From Leucoraja ocellata (lineage: Eukaryota), in the NCBI GenBank assembly GCA_036785375.1, contig JAWMAR010000048.1:10044001-10108000 (forward strand): a stretch of DNA of 64,000 nt. The letters run 5' to 3'. Shown one piece after another: positions 48,420 through 62,027 of this stretch. Position numbers and translations under genes: made by a program. Under the pieces are notes generated by a model. It was not told where the DNA came from and did not search any database. It saw only the letters and a program-made list of their open reading frames with translations. Within the stretch, counting starts at the first letter, position 1, and each line of letters opens with the position of its first letter.

Positions 48420-49910
48420 TATAGGGATGATTGGGGCCCAAAGTTTACAAAGTTGAAATCGGACAAAGCTCTTGAGGAATTTACAGGAAGCAGAAAATAA
48501 GTTAAAACACTAAAGGGGCCTCTGACATACCCTTAGCAGGGTGACTTAAGGAGAATCACAAGGCATTGTATTGGTGTATTAGTAGTAAAGGGTAGATCCA
48601 TTCAAGGACAAGCGATGGAATCTATGCCTGGAGCCAGAGTGGGTGAGGCCCTAAATGAGAAGGTGAGATCAGAGAGGGTTATGTTGATATTCAAGGGCAT
48701 GTTGATATAAAGAAGGAGATGTTACATCCGCTGGAGGACTTAAGGTGGATAAGTCCCCAGGGCCTGATGGAATTTATCCCAGGATACTGAGGGAAGCAAG
48801 AGAGGAGATTGCTGGCAGACAAAAGTGCTGGAGAAACTCAGCGGGTGCAGCAGCATCTATAACAGGCAACGTTTCGGGCCAAAACCCTTCTTCATGGGTA
48901 TCGGCCCGAAACGTTGCCTATTATAGATGCTGCTGCACCCGCTGAGCTTCTCCAGCACTTTTGTCTGCCTTCAATTTTCCAGCATCTGCAGTTCCTTCTT
49001 AAACAGGAGATTGCTGGCATTGACCAATATCTTTGTATCCTCCCTAGACACAAGCAAGGTTGCAGAAGACTGGAGAAGATGTTTCCACCTGTGGGAGAGA
49101 CTGGGACTGTAGGTCATAGCCTCAGAATTAAAGGACATTCTTTAAGGAAGGGGTTGAGGAGGAATTTCTTTATTCAGCAGGGGGTGAATCTGTGGAATTC
49201 TTTGCCACAGACGGCTGTGGAGGCAAAATCAGTGGATATATTTAAGGCAGAGTTAGATAGATTATTGATTAGTACAGGTGTCAGGGGTTATGGGGAGAAG
49301 GCAAGAGATTGGAGTTTGGAGGGAGAGATAGATCAGCCATGATTGAGTGATGGAGTAGACTTGATGGGCCGAATGGTCTAATTGTACTCCTATCCCTTAT
49401 GATCTTCTGAAAGGCAACAGGAACAAACCAAATAGGGACAAAGACATTATGCCAGAGATCCTTACTGTAAGGAAGTTACTGGAGAAGATTCTTAGCGACA
49501 GGATTTACTTGTTCTAGCTGTGTGTAAGAGCAGCACAAGTAGATATAATTACCTCCTCAAGTTTATGTAACTGACTAAGGCCCCAGGAATAGTCTCCCCC
49601 TCCACTTCGAATTCCTACTCTGACTAGAGTCCTTGCTGGACTTAGAGGGTGCTCTTTTAGAAAGGGGGCGAGGAGGAACTTATTTAGTCAGAGGGTAGCT
49701 AATCTGTGGAACTCATTGCCACAGAGGGCTGTGGAAGCCAAGTCAGTGGATATTTGTAAGGCAGAGATTGACAAGTTCTTGATTAGAGCAGGTGTCAAGG
49801 GTTATGGGGAGAAGGCAGGAAAATGGGATTAGGAGGCAGAAATCAGCCATGATTGAATGGCAGAGTGGACTTGATGGGCCGAATGGCCTAATTCTACTAC
49901 TATAACTTGT
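48420..49910 (+). mobile_element. Decayed CR1 ORF2 region with nested Penelope palindrome and further CR1 tails
   Basis: DKSPGPDGIYPRILREAREEIA; insertion flanked by duplicated AGGAGATTGCTGGCA (about 48803 and 49005). Confidence 0.82.
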
Positions 49911-51399
49911 AGACTTGGCACCCCATTTACAGTGCAGAGTCCATGTGACCACTCATGATGCGAATCGCAAGTTATCTATCGTGGAACATTGCAGACCTTG
50001 CTTAAAATAAGTAACAGAGATAACTTTCTAGTAATAAAATAAATGCAATAACCTCAGAGATCCTTCAACCTTGGTGATCTCCAGATCAACAGTGTGCATT
50101 ACAAAATGACTTGCACATTATTTGACAAAAAATTAACCGAAATGTAAACTGAGTCCAATATGTCGATACTTGTTTAGAAGGATCGGTTAGCATCATTTCT
50201 AAACAGGTAGCTATGGAGTTACTGACACACTTGAGTGTTTGTTGACTAATGGACTTCCCAAAAAGCCAGTACAGTTTCTTCCCAGCTGTTATCAGGCAAC
50301 TGAATCATCCCACCACAACTAGAGAGCGGTCTTGAACTACAAAATGCAGGAGTAACTCAGCGGGACAGGCAGCATCTCTGGAAAGAGAGAGAGCTAGATA
50401 GGGCTCTTAAAGATGGCAGAGTCGGGGGATATGGGGAGAAGGCAGGAACGGGGTACTGATTGTGGATAATCAGCCATGATCACATTGAATGGCGGTGCTG
50501 GCTCGACGGGCCGAATGGCCTACTCCTGCACCTATTGTCTATTGTCTATTGAATGGATGGGTGACATTTTGGGTCAAGACCCTTATTCAGACTTATGTAG
50601 TCCTGAACTATCTACTTCATTGGTGACCCTGGGACTATCTTTGATCGGAATTGCACTGAATGTTATTCCTTTATCGTGTATCTATACACTGTAAATGGCT
50701 GGATAGTGATCATATATTGTCATTCTGCTGACTGGTTTCCACATTACAAAAGCTTTTCACTGTACCTCTGTACACGTGACAATAAACTAAACTGAACTGT
50801 ACAGGCACTTGGCACATGTAGACACAAGGCACTGTTGGCCAGAATCAGCCTGTGTACTTCCCTGTTGGTATTGGAATGCACCCACCAATGGAATGATCCT
50901 TTATACAAAACTGAAGGTGTTAAGGTCATGTGACAGGAACAGAATTAGGCCATTCGGCCCATCAACTCTACTCTGCCATTCAATCATGACTGATCTATCT
51001 CTCCCTCCTAACCCCATTCTCCTGCCGTCTCCCCATAACCCCTGACACCCGTACTAATCAATAATCTATCTATTTCTGCCTTAAAAATATCCATTGACCT
51101 GGCAACATATCGCGGGTGGCCTCTCACGGCCATCCAGCCTGCATGCTCGTGAGAGGTCTCCAAAGAGTCGTGGCGTCTTTTCTGGTCGCCGCTGAATTTT
51201 CAACATGTTGAAAATTTCGGCGACTTATCACGGGTGCCAGCAGTCGCCTGTAAAGGTCGCGTAAGTGGGACAGGCCCACCACATAAGAACGTCTTTCCTT
51301 GGTGAGTTACTCCAGCACTTTGTGTCTTTCCTCGGTTAACCGGCATCTGCAGTTCCTTGTTTCTTCTGTGAGAGCGCCACATCGTTATGTTGCTTGCTG

Positions 51400-52800
51400 G
51401 CACAGACGGCAATTATACACGGAAGCAGCCCTGTTGAGATGCGCTGACGTGTGGTAGTCATTGTGACATCGCGTGCCCGGCTGTCCCAGTGCCGGTCGCT
51501 GGTCGCTGGTCGCTGTCTGTGGCCGCGATTGTGGCTCAACTTCTGGGGGTGGGGGTGGGGGGTGGGGGGAGGGGGGTCAAGAAGCGGACGTTGCAGCTGC
51601 TGCTACTGGAGGCGAGCTGCTGGTGTTGGAGAGCGGGGCTTTGTGGGGGTAAGTGTGTNNNNNNNNNNNNNNNNNNNNNNNNNNNNNNNNNNNNNNNNNN
51701 NNNNNNNNNNNNNNNNNNNNNNNNNNNNNNNNNNNNNNNNNNNNNNNNNNNNNNNNNNNNNNNNNNNNNNNNNNNNNNNNNNNNNNNNNNNNNNNNNNNN
51801 NNNNNNNNNNNNNNNNNNNNNNNNNNNNNNNNNNNNNNNNNNNNNNNNNNNNNNNNNNNNNNNNNNNNNNNNNNNNNNNNNNNNNNNNNNNNNNNNNNNN
51901 NNNNNNNNNNNNNNNNNNNNNNNNNNNNNNNNNNNNNNNNNNNNNNNNNNNNNNNNNNNNNNNNNNNNNNNNNNNNNNNNNNNNNNNNNNNNNNNNNNNN
52001 NNNNNNNNNNNNNNNNNNNNNNNNNNNNNNNNNNNNNNNNNNNNNNNNNNNNNNNNNNNNNNNNNNNNNNNNNNNNNNNNNNNNNNNNNNNNNNNNNNNN
52101 NNNNNNNNNNNNNNNNNNNNNNNNNNNNNNNNNNNNNNNNNNNNNNNNNNNNNNNNNNNNNNNNNNNNNNNNNNNNNNNNNNNNNNNNNNNNNNNNNNNN
52201 NNNNNNNNNNNNNNNNNNNNNNNNNNNNNNNNNNNNNNNNNNNNNNNNNNNNNNNNNNNNNNNNNNNNNNNNNNNNNNNNNNNNNNNNNGAGCGAGGGCC
52301 CGGGCCGCCCACTCACACACACTCTGTCACACTTGGCTGAGCGCGGCCGGCAGCTAATGATTGAAAGGCAAGCGGCGTATAATAATCGCTGTCTCACACC
52401 TCGCTCGCACACTCTGCTCAATCCCAATGCTGATTCACGGCCACAGGCTCGTCGCCAGGTAAGCGTCGCCCGCTTCAGCACTAGCGCTCGCCCAGTCGGT
52501 ACTGCCCGCTGCCCGGTCCCACCGGCCCCGCGTGTAGCCGGCACCGGGCACCGGGACCAAGGTCCCGAGCAGCTGCATCGCCATCGGGCAGCGGATGTTG
52601 ACAAGTGCCCGCTGCTTGTGTATAGCGGGACCGGCCACAACGTTGCACCGGGCGGCGGGGAGTGAGTGGGAGAGTCCCGCACACTGACCTGTCCGGCCCC
52701 CGACATCTCCAGCCCCAGCACACACAGCTGGCCCGCTGGCCCACCGGCCCCGTTACAATCTTGTCAACTGTATCCAGTGATGCCTTTTGCTAAAAGCCAT
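51400..52800 (+). promoter_or_regulatory. CpG island spanning a gap; probable promoter and non-coding exon 1 of the next gene (ABAT by synteny)
   Basis: CpG-rich on both sides of the gap; TATAATAA at about 52378; consensus donor CAG|GTAAGC at 52458/52459. No ABAT coding exon was found in the window, so the gene identity is inference from human gene order. Confidence 0.55.
51659..52289. other. Assembly gap inside a CpG island
   Basis: N run. Confidence 1.
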
Positions 52801-53517
52801 CCGTGGCCGTAGGGTGGACAGTGATGGTCGGGCATTAGACTGCATACATGCATGTGTGTGTGTGTGTGTGTGTGGCCAGTACACAGGGCGCTGGGCGCAG
52901 ATGTATACAGTGGGGAAATGGTTCCTAGTGTGTTGTTTACTGCAAGCGCGCAGCCTCTCTCACACACACACACACATCATGGGTCTGTCTCACCGCCATC
53001 ACAGTCCATTTGGATCAACACCAAGTCCTCTTCATCAAACACCCGGGACCCCCGAGAATCACGGCGGAGACAAAGGACTGTAGATGCCGGTTTACACCCA
53101 AGATAGACACAGAGTGCTGGAGTAACTCAGCGGGTCCGGCAACATCTGCTCATAAACGATGGGTGACATTTCAGGTCGGCTCTAAAGAAAGGTCCCGATG
53201 TTTCCACCAGTGGGAGAGTCCAGGACCAGAGGGCACAGCCTCTGAATTAAAGGACATTCTTTTAGGAAGGAGATGAGGAGGTATTTCTTTAGTCAGAGGG
53301 CAGTGAATCTGTGGAATTCATTGCCACAGAAGGCCGTGGAGGCCAAGTCAGTGGATATATTTAAGGCAGAGATAGATTCTTGATTAGTACGGGTATCAGG
53401 GGTTATGGGGAGAAGGCAGGAGAATGGGGTTAGGTGGGAGAGATAGATCAGCCATGATTGAATGGCGGAGTAGACTTGATGGGCCGAATGGCCTAATTTA
53501 TTCCTATCTCTTATGAT

Positions 53518-53980
53518 GAAAACGTCACCCATCGCTTATCTCCAGAGATGCTGCCTGACCCGCTGAGTTACTCCAGCACTCTGTGAAACATCACCTATCC
53601 ATGTTCTCCACAGATGCTGCCTGACCCGCTGAGTTACTCCAGCACTCTGTGAAACGTCACCTATCCATGTTCTCCACAGATGCTGCCTGACCCGCTGAGT
53701 TACTCCAGCACTCTGTTAAACGTCACCTATCCATGTTCTCCACAGATGCTGCCTGACCCGCTGAGTTACTCCAGCACTCTGTGAAACGTCACCTATCCAT
53801 GTTCTCCACAGATGCTGCCTGACCCGCTGAGTTACTCCAGCACTCTGTGAAACGTCACCTATCCATGTTCTCCACAGATGCTGCCTGACCCGCTGAGTTA
53901 CTCCAGCACTCTGTGAAACGTCACCTATCCATGTTCTCCACAGATGCTGCATGACCCGCTGAGTTACTCCAGCACTCTGT
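53518..53980 (+). repeat. 66-bp tandem satellite derived from the Penelope tail (6 near-identical units plus a diverged founder)
   Basis: Unit TGTGAAACGTCACCTATCCATGTTCTCCACAGATGCTGCCTGACCCGCTGAGTTACTCCAGCACTC starts at 53582, 53648, 53714, 53780, 53846, 53912. Confidence 0.95.
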
Positions 53981-54828
53981 ATCTCTCCAAAGATCACTGT
54001 TGCCAGACTAAAGGTAACTTTTTTATATAAGGCACTGCCATTAAAGCTGAGCTCCGGAAATCTTTTTGTAGAAACAAGGAATTGCAGATGCTGGTTGATA
54101 AAAAAAAAAGACAACTTGCTGGAGTAACTCAGCGGGTCAGGCAGCATCTGTGGAGAACATGGATAGGTGACGTTTCACAGAGTGCTGGAGTAACTCAGCG
54201 GGTCAGGCAGCACCTGTGGAGAACATGGATAGGTGACGTTTCGAGTTGCGACCCTTCTTCAGATTGAAGTTACTCCAGCACCTTGTGACTTTTTGTGAGG
54301 ATATTATTTAAAGGTTTTTAATGTATCTAATGTCATTCTTTTTTCAAGATGTGTGCAACACCTTAGTTTTTTTAAAACTTTCATTTAAATTGTGAATGTT
54401 TGAGATATTGGGGGACGTTTAATGTTCCTTGTGGTTTTGACATTGGGTAAATTTGTGGATGGATTTGGTGCTTGACATTTCAGTGCAGGTAAAATGCTGG
54501 AGTAACTCATTGGGGCAGGTAGCGTCTCTGGAGAGAAGGAATGGATGATGTTTCAGGTCAAGACCCTTCTTTGGTCTAAAGCAGCATCTGCAGTTCCTTC
54601 CTACACATTTCAGTGCAGGCCAAATGCTGCCAGAGGGTTTGCCATTACACTGACCACTGCGCTCGTGGCTGGAATGCTTCAAGGCAGCACGGTGGACACT
54701 GGATTTGAACAGGCACCCTAGTCATTATACGCGTTAACCCTTGCATTCCCTCACTCTCCGTCCCTCCCCCACCCTAGTCATTGTACTAGTTTCCCTGTCG
54801 TCCTGCTGAGTCTCATTCTCTGTATAAA

Positions 54829-55184
54829 GGGCCTGTCCCATTGTACGAGGTAATTCAAGAGTTCACCGGAGTTTTCCCCTGATTCGAACTCGGAGAATGT
54901 CAGTAGCGGGTCCGTAGGATTTTGTGGATGTCCCGTAGCGGCTCGTAATGCTAACGTTAGGTACTCGGGAAATACGGTAAACTCGTGTCGTTTTTACAAC
55001 ACTGTGAAAAATGTCCACGAGTAAAAAAATACTCGTGATGAAAAAAATTGTTACTTTTTACTCGTACGAGCCGCTACGAGACATCCACGAACTCCTACTG
55101 ATCCACTACGGACATCCTCTGAGTTCGAATCCAGGGAAAATTCGGGAGAACTTTTGAATGACTTTGTACAGTGGGACTAGGCCC
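54829..55184. mobile_element. MITE with the same outer TIR but a different interior (about 120-bp inverted arms)
   Basis: GGGCCTGTCCCATTGTAC...CGTAGCGGCTCGTA / TACGAGCCGCTACG...GTACAGTGGGACTAGGCCC. Confidence 0.82.
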
Positions 55185-58100
55185 TTTACTCATTTTCAAT
55201 GAGCCCAGAGCTAACAATGGCCTGTTTCCTTCATCATCGTTACATTTTTGCAAATCTTTAATTCATTTGTTCTCTATCTCTATATTTCACCGTCTATATC
55301 TCTCCTTTCCCTTTCCCCTGACTCTCAGTCTGAAGAAGGGTCTCGACCTGAAACGTCACTCTCCAGAGATGCTGCCTGACCCGCTGAGTTACTCCAGCTT
55401 TTTGTGTCTGTCTATCTTCGGTTCAGGCCTGGCCTGACTAAGGGCAGCAATCACATGCCAGCACGATCTGGTTTATTAATTGCTCTAGGTGTGTTTGAAG
55501 GCTGCATCACATGAGAACTGGGCATTAAGGGATTAAGACAATCACTGGTGGAGATTGGCACTGTACAGTGTTTGCATGCTTAACTCTTGCCCATTGCTTC
55601 CAGTATAGCAACATCTGTCAGTGTGTGGCCTGTATGATTGCTGCAGGCAGTCAGTGCAAAGTCATGTCCATAAGTGATGAGCAGAATTAGACCATTCCCC
55701 CTCATCTCCTTCCTAAAGGAATGCCCTTTAATTCTGAGGCTGCGACCTCTAATCCTAGACTCTCCCTCTACTGGAAACATCCTCTCCACATCCACTCTAT
55801 CCAAGCCTTTCACTATTCTGTACGTTTCAATGAGGTCCCCCCTCATTCTTCTAAACTCCAGCGAGTACAGGCCCAGTGCTGACAAATTCTCATCATACGT
55901 TAACTCATTCATTCGTGGGATCATTCACGTAAATCTCCTCTGGACCCTCTCCAGAGCCAGCACATCCCAGAATTCCCAAAATTGTTAGTCAGCTCTTCAA
56001 GAACCACTGCCATTTTGATCAAGAGAGTTCCTTAATTCCACTTTTCATATGCTTCCATATTTTTCCTGATCAAACCATCATTAACCTTATTATCATCTAA
56101 GATTTCCTAATCAATACCATCTTTGCTTTTAATCTTTACTGCAACATGTCATCCCGGAGGTATTACTAACTTAAAAGACTCCCACCTCGACCATAAGACA
56201 TAGAAGCAGAACCCAGCCATTAAGCCCATCGAGTCCGCTTCACCATTCTATCATGGCTGATCGATTTTTCCCTCCCAACCCCATTCTCCTGCCTGACACC
56301 CATACTAACCAAGAATATATCACTTTAAATATGCCCATTGATTGCCTCCACAGCCGTCTGTGGCAATTAATTCCACAGATTCACCACCCTCTGGTTAAGG
56401 AAATTCCTCTCCATCTCCATTCTGAAGGTATATCCTTTTATTCTGCAGCTGTGACCTCTTTTTCTAGACTCTCCCATTACTGGTAACCACGTCCATACTC
56501 GGCATTTTATTATCCACAGAGTGCTGGAGTAACTCAGCGGATCCTAAACTCCCACAAGTACAGGCCCAGTGCCTTCAAACGCTCATCATACACTCATCCC
56601 TGGGATCATTCTTGTTAACCTCCTCTGGACCCTCTCCAAAGCCAGCACATCCCACCCCAGATAAGTGGCCCAAAACTGCTCACAGTATTGCCAGATACCA
56701 TCTTTGCCTGCAAACATTTGTTCCCCATTTTCCAGCAGGCAAATGAGAATAGCTCAGACAGGCGTCTTGGCTGGCATGGGAGAGTTGGGCCGAAGGGCCT
56801 GTTTCTGTGCGGCATGGCTCTATGTCTACTTTCGCCAAGTTCTTTCTTGCGCTGTTGAAATCAGCCTTCCCCCAATTGAGGACCTTGACTTCAGGGCCAA
56901 CTTCAGCCCTTTCCATAACTTCCTTTGAAACGTACACATTTATGGTGACTCTCGTCTCAAAGTGTTCGTTCACCAAACACTTCCACCCATCTTCATGGTC
57001 AAAGATAAAGCCGAGTTCTGACTGTCTGCATATCTTCTCAAAACACTCTCCTAATGTACTTAAGATAGACAAAGAGTGCTGGAGTAACTCAGCGGGTCAG
57101 GCAGCATCTCTGGAGAAAAGGAATAGGTGACGTTTTGGGTCGAGACCCTTTAGTTTCTGAAGAAGGGTTTCAGCCTGAAATGTCACATATCCCGTTTCTC
57201 CAGAAATGCAGCCTGACCCGCTGAGTTACTCCAGCACTTTGTGAAATGTCACCTATCCCTTTACTCCAGAAATGCAGCCTGACCCGCTGAGTTACTCCAG
57301 CACTTTGTTGGTGCTGAGGTTAGTGTGTCGTGTTTAAGAGACCCCTGGCTGTGAGGAAGATGCTGCCAGGCAACCCTGAGGTTGCTTTAGTTTACATGTT
57401 GTCTATAGTTTGGTCTATATGATGCACAACATTTAAATAAGATGTCAGGGGCTCTGACAAATTTGGTTTTGAATTGCTACGTGCAAGAAGTCATGCTAAT
57501 GAATAGCTATGTAAAGCAAGGTTTAATGCCAAACTTGCCATAGTCACAGCAGAAGTCAGTGGATCTTTGCACAGAATTTCCAGGTGAGCTTTAAGATTGA
57601 AAGACCCATGTATAGGTAGGTATACTGAGACAAAGACATTTGTCTGTGAATATTGAAATGTAGCAGAAAAGGCAACTGTGTTAAGGGAACATATTGACGA
57701 ATGGCAAAGGCAAGAGGAAAATATTAGATATCAGGAACTGTGAATGTTGGTCAGCAAGAAAAGACAGCGTGCTGGAGTACCTAAGCAAGGATGTGATTGT
57801 ACTGGAGAAGGTGCATCCAGGGTGAGAGATTAGTAGTGATGGTCGGAAAGAAATGAATTCTCGTTGTCTGAGAAGGTTGTTGAAACAGTTTGGAAAAGCT
57901 CGTGTGCTCTGTCATTTTTCTTCACAACTGAACATGTGTATCCGATGCCTTATTCCAAACATTCTGTGAAGAATTGCTCTTCCTTCTGTCATTGCAGCTG
58001 GTGTAAACCTCACCACAATACTCAAGCAATGGTTCCCCAAGGGACCCTCGTCAATTGAATATTGTGAAACGTAAATATGGCGCTGTGTATTTGTGCGCTT

Positions 58101-61061
58101 TTCATTGAGCTTTGGGGCTTATTGAGTCACAAGCCTGCCATCAATGAATGTCCCCATCTTGTGTAACTAGTTCATCGTGAAATCGCTGAGGCATCGCCCA
58201 AGATTTCTCAGTGGATGGATAAATATCAACAATGTTCCAAAGTCCCACCTCAGTCACTCCTTCTCCCTGCTCCTGCCCAGCAGAAGTTACAGAAGCCTGA
58301 AAACAGGCACCACTAGACTCGGGAGTCTATTATCCTCGCTTCCCCTCTGTTATCAGACGTCTGAATGGTCCTTCCATAAGCTGGGACCATTGCAATGTCC
58401 TGCTGTGGACATCGGACTTTGTCTCTGGAACTGATGCGCTACAATGTTGAGAACTATATTCTGCACTCTGTATCTTCCCCTTTGCTCTACCTGTTGGACG
58501 AGTTTGACTTCATTGTATTTATGTGTGGTATTACCCGATCTGTTTGGATAGCGTGCAAAGCAAGGCTTTCACTGTACCTTGGTAAACATGACATTAATAA
58601 ACCTAATCCTTGTAATATTCCAGGCATTCACATTATCCTCTTAATCGCAGCATGTAAGGAAGTTATTTATGTGTTTATTCTTGCATATTAAAAAATGACT
58701 AATTCCTTCGAAATCATCTTATAAATCACTGTGCCATGTCAAAACAAAACAATCCTCTCATATCTTCCCTCAGTTTGAATCTTGAGGCATTACCCCTTAT
58801 TACCTATTTACCAATCATTATTTTTCTTCTCCTAAATTCTTCCCTGGTTTTGAAATCCTCCATTAGAATTAATCTCTGCTCTGAAGAGGTAAAACTAGCA
58901 ATATTCTCAGGTCCTAATAAGAATCTATGTTGCTTTATTCTCAAGAAGAACATATCTGATCTACATTTGAATTATTTAAATAGGCCTGTCATTTTACTAA
59001 TAATGTTGATGTACACATCAGTTGGTTATCTTTGTTTTTGGTGATTTCAAACGTAAACACAAAATCCTGTTTTCCTCCCCACTTCCCCTGGAGCGACAGT
59101 GGCCTAGCCAGTAGAGCCACTGCCTCGCAGTGCCAGAGACCCAGGGATGATCCTGACCTCAGGTGCTACAGTATCTGTGTGGAGTTACTCTCCGTGGCCA
59201 TGTGGGTTGTTCACTGGATGCTCCAGTTTCCCTATAGCAACTGTGTTTCAGTCTGGTGAAAGAAAACAATTCTCATTGTAACACATCAAGAGGTTTTGCA
59301 ACGGGCTCAAGGAAAGAGCGTTCACGTCGATCCACCCATCTTTCCACCACCATGCACAAACAGCACAAGCAGCTACAAGGCAGACACCATTGTGTGCAGA
59401 TGCTGACAAGTGCTTGCAGCTCTGGCTGAACAACCTCTAATCGTGTGTGTGTGTGTGTGGACTCGATAAGAAGAAGAAGGTTTTGCAATTAGATTTCGAG
59501 GTTTAGTCATTCTGAGCAATTGCAATCTTGTGCAGCACAAATTATTTTATAGAATAGCGAGAGGTTGGTTTTGTAATGAAAATGGTTTGAACAGTTGATA
59601 ATGGAGAAAATGTAAAAGCTGACTTTTGTCGCGATTTTCCAGGCAGCTGTCGTGATGCTTGACAACCCGTAACATCTAATTACTAGATCATCTGTGCTAT
59701 GTCTCGCAATAATAAACATGGAACGCTGTGGAGGAGGACCAAGTGGAAGGTCATTCACACCCTCAAGCATGTTTCGTCATTCAGTGAGATCATGCCTGAA
59801 CTGTATTTGGTTCCTTCTGGTCATTCTGGTCATTAACTCTTAATGCCCTCACTTCACAAAAATGTATTGATATCAATGATGATGATATCAAAGATGATGA
59901 TGATGATGATCGGTACACGTGCCAATAACTCAACTGACAATAAACTCGACTTAACTAACACCGAACAGCAATGTCACTCATTCAGATGCAACCTTAAATG
60001 GCCAGTCGAGGCCCACTTCTGCAATTGTCTATGATTCATTTTATTAATGGAACAATGAATCCAATCTCATGGCTTCTCTGTGGATTGTGCTATTGCATGA
60101 AGTTATTTTCGTGCATCCGAAAGTGAATGTTGATGGGCTTTTCCCAAGAGTAGAGGATTCTAAAACTAGAGGGCACAGCTTAAGGTGAGTGCAGAGAGAT
60201 TTAAGGGGGACCTCAAGGGCAACCTTTTCACTCAGAGTGCAGTCCATATCAGGACTGAGCTGCCAGAGGAAGCTGTGGAAGCAGATACACTTACAACTTG
60301 TAAAAGATAAATGGATAGGAAGGATTAGAGAGATAAAGGGCCAAATGAGACTTGCCCAGTATGCTAGCATGATCAGCATGGACAAGGTGGGCCGAAGGGT
60401 CTGTTTCTGAGCTGCACAGTTCAATTACCATCTTATTGAGCCAAGGTAGACCCAAAATGCTGGAGTAACTCAGCGGGACAGGCAGCAACTGTGGAGAGAA
60501 GGAGTGGGTGACATTTCGGGTCGAGACATGACACATTATTTAGCCATGTGTTTAGACATTTTGGGAATTAAAGTACAGACTGGATAATTATATGTTAATT
60601 TTGCGACTAGGACTCATTAAGATTTGATATATCAAGCTCCTTTATTGTGTGTGTCCATTGTAATTGTCTGAATATTTAGCTGATACTAATTAGTTTATAT
60701 ATTATTGTCATGTGTACCGAGGTACGGTGAAAAGGACAGAACAGAGTCAATGTAGTGGCCAAATAGACAATAGGTGCAGGAGTAGAGGCCATTTGGCCCT
60801 TCGAGCCAGCACCGCCATTCAATATGATCATGGCTGATCATTCACAATCAGTACCCCATTCCTGCTTTCTCCCCATATCCCTTGACTCCACTATCTTTAA
60901 GAGCCCTATCTAACTCTCTCTTGAAGCATCCAGAGAATCTGAGGCAGAGAATTCCACAGATTCACATCTCTCAGGGTGAAAAAGTTTTTCCTCATCTCTG
61001 TTCTAAATGGCCGACCCTTACAGTATGTACACGTACAATGAATTTCACTTGGTGCGTTGCT

Positions 61062-61320
61062 CGCACATGGTAAAAACGCTTGCAGTGCCAGAGACCCGGG
61101 TTCGAAGCTGACTACGGGTGCTGTCTGTACGGAGTTTGTATGTTCTCCCCGTGACCTGCGTGGGTTTTCTCCAAGACCTTCGGTTAATTAGCTTGGTATA
61201 AATGTAAAATTGTCCCCAGTATATGTAGGGTAGTATTAGTGTGCAGGGATCGCTGGTCGGCATGGACTCGGTTGGCCGAAGGCCCTGTGTCCGTCCTCGC
61301 TGTATCTGTAAACCAAAATG
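61062..61320 (+). mobile_element. tRNA-derived SINE
   Basis: Same family. An internally deleted copy lies at about 16375-16557 (minus strand). Confidence 0.82.
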
Positions 61321-61479
61321 ATAATATAAAAATGTAAAACTAACGTGCAAGAGGAACAAGGGACAGCTTTGCCATATGTTGCACATGTAGATATCTAAAG
61401 TGCCCTTGGAGAGTTGATAGGTGTTTGGATTACACACCAGTGTGGTGGTGTGGTGTGGTGCAGCTGTGAAGTAGGCCTA

Positions 61480-61745
61480 CAGCTGGTGGCAAGAAGCTGT
61501 TTTTGTGTCTGGGTCGTCCAGAGTCGCCTCTCAGAGGGGAGGACTTCAAAGAGTTTGTGGCCAGGGTGAGAGGGGTCAGAGATGTTCTTGCTGGCTCGCT
61601 TCCTGGCCCTTGCACCCTACGGTTGTCGATGGGGGGGGGGGGGGCTATACCCTTTGCAGCTGAGCAGATGATGTGCTGCGGGTGTCATGAGCTGAAGCAG
61701 ACCATGATGGAGAAGGTGAGCACAGACTCTATGATGGCAGTGTGT
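61480..61745 (-). mobile_element. Rex1/Babar LINE fragment, decayed
   Basis: Reverse complement aligns by eye with 6960-7250. Confidence 0.75.
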
Positions 61746-62027
61746 CATGTGGTATCCAGTCAACAGAGAGACGCTGGATGACCGTTAGTGACACCGTCCA
61801 GTGTACAGATACAGGGTTGAGGGTATGTGTGGTCAAGGGCGATTGTGTGTAGTGTAGTGTAGTGTATTATCACCTCAGGGTGTGACTGAGCTCCAGTTGA
61901 AGCCTCAGTGCATGTGCGAACAATACATGGTGATGTGGAGGAGACTGGCCCTGTGAGATGATGTACAGAGTGCATGGCTCTGGGCTGCTAATCACCAGGA
62001 ACCGCGGGTGCAGAAATCTTGAGCAGA

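Noticed and set aside
53518-53980. CRISPR-like regular repeat or 22-aa repeat protein
   Set aside because: Units are contiguous with no unique spacers, there are no cas genes, the context is eukaryotic, and the open frame is incidental to a 66-bp unit.
58050-59720. Possible conserved non-coding enhancers (58050-58230, 59500-59720; also 19750-19930)
   Set aside because: Non-repetitive and motif-rich, but conservation cannot be shown without an alignment.
60069-60120. ATGGCTTCT as the ABAT start (MAS...)
   Set aside because: The following residues do not resemble a mitochondrial presequence, and there is no flanking acceptor or donor; it runs into a CR1 fragment.
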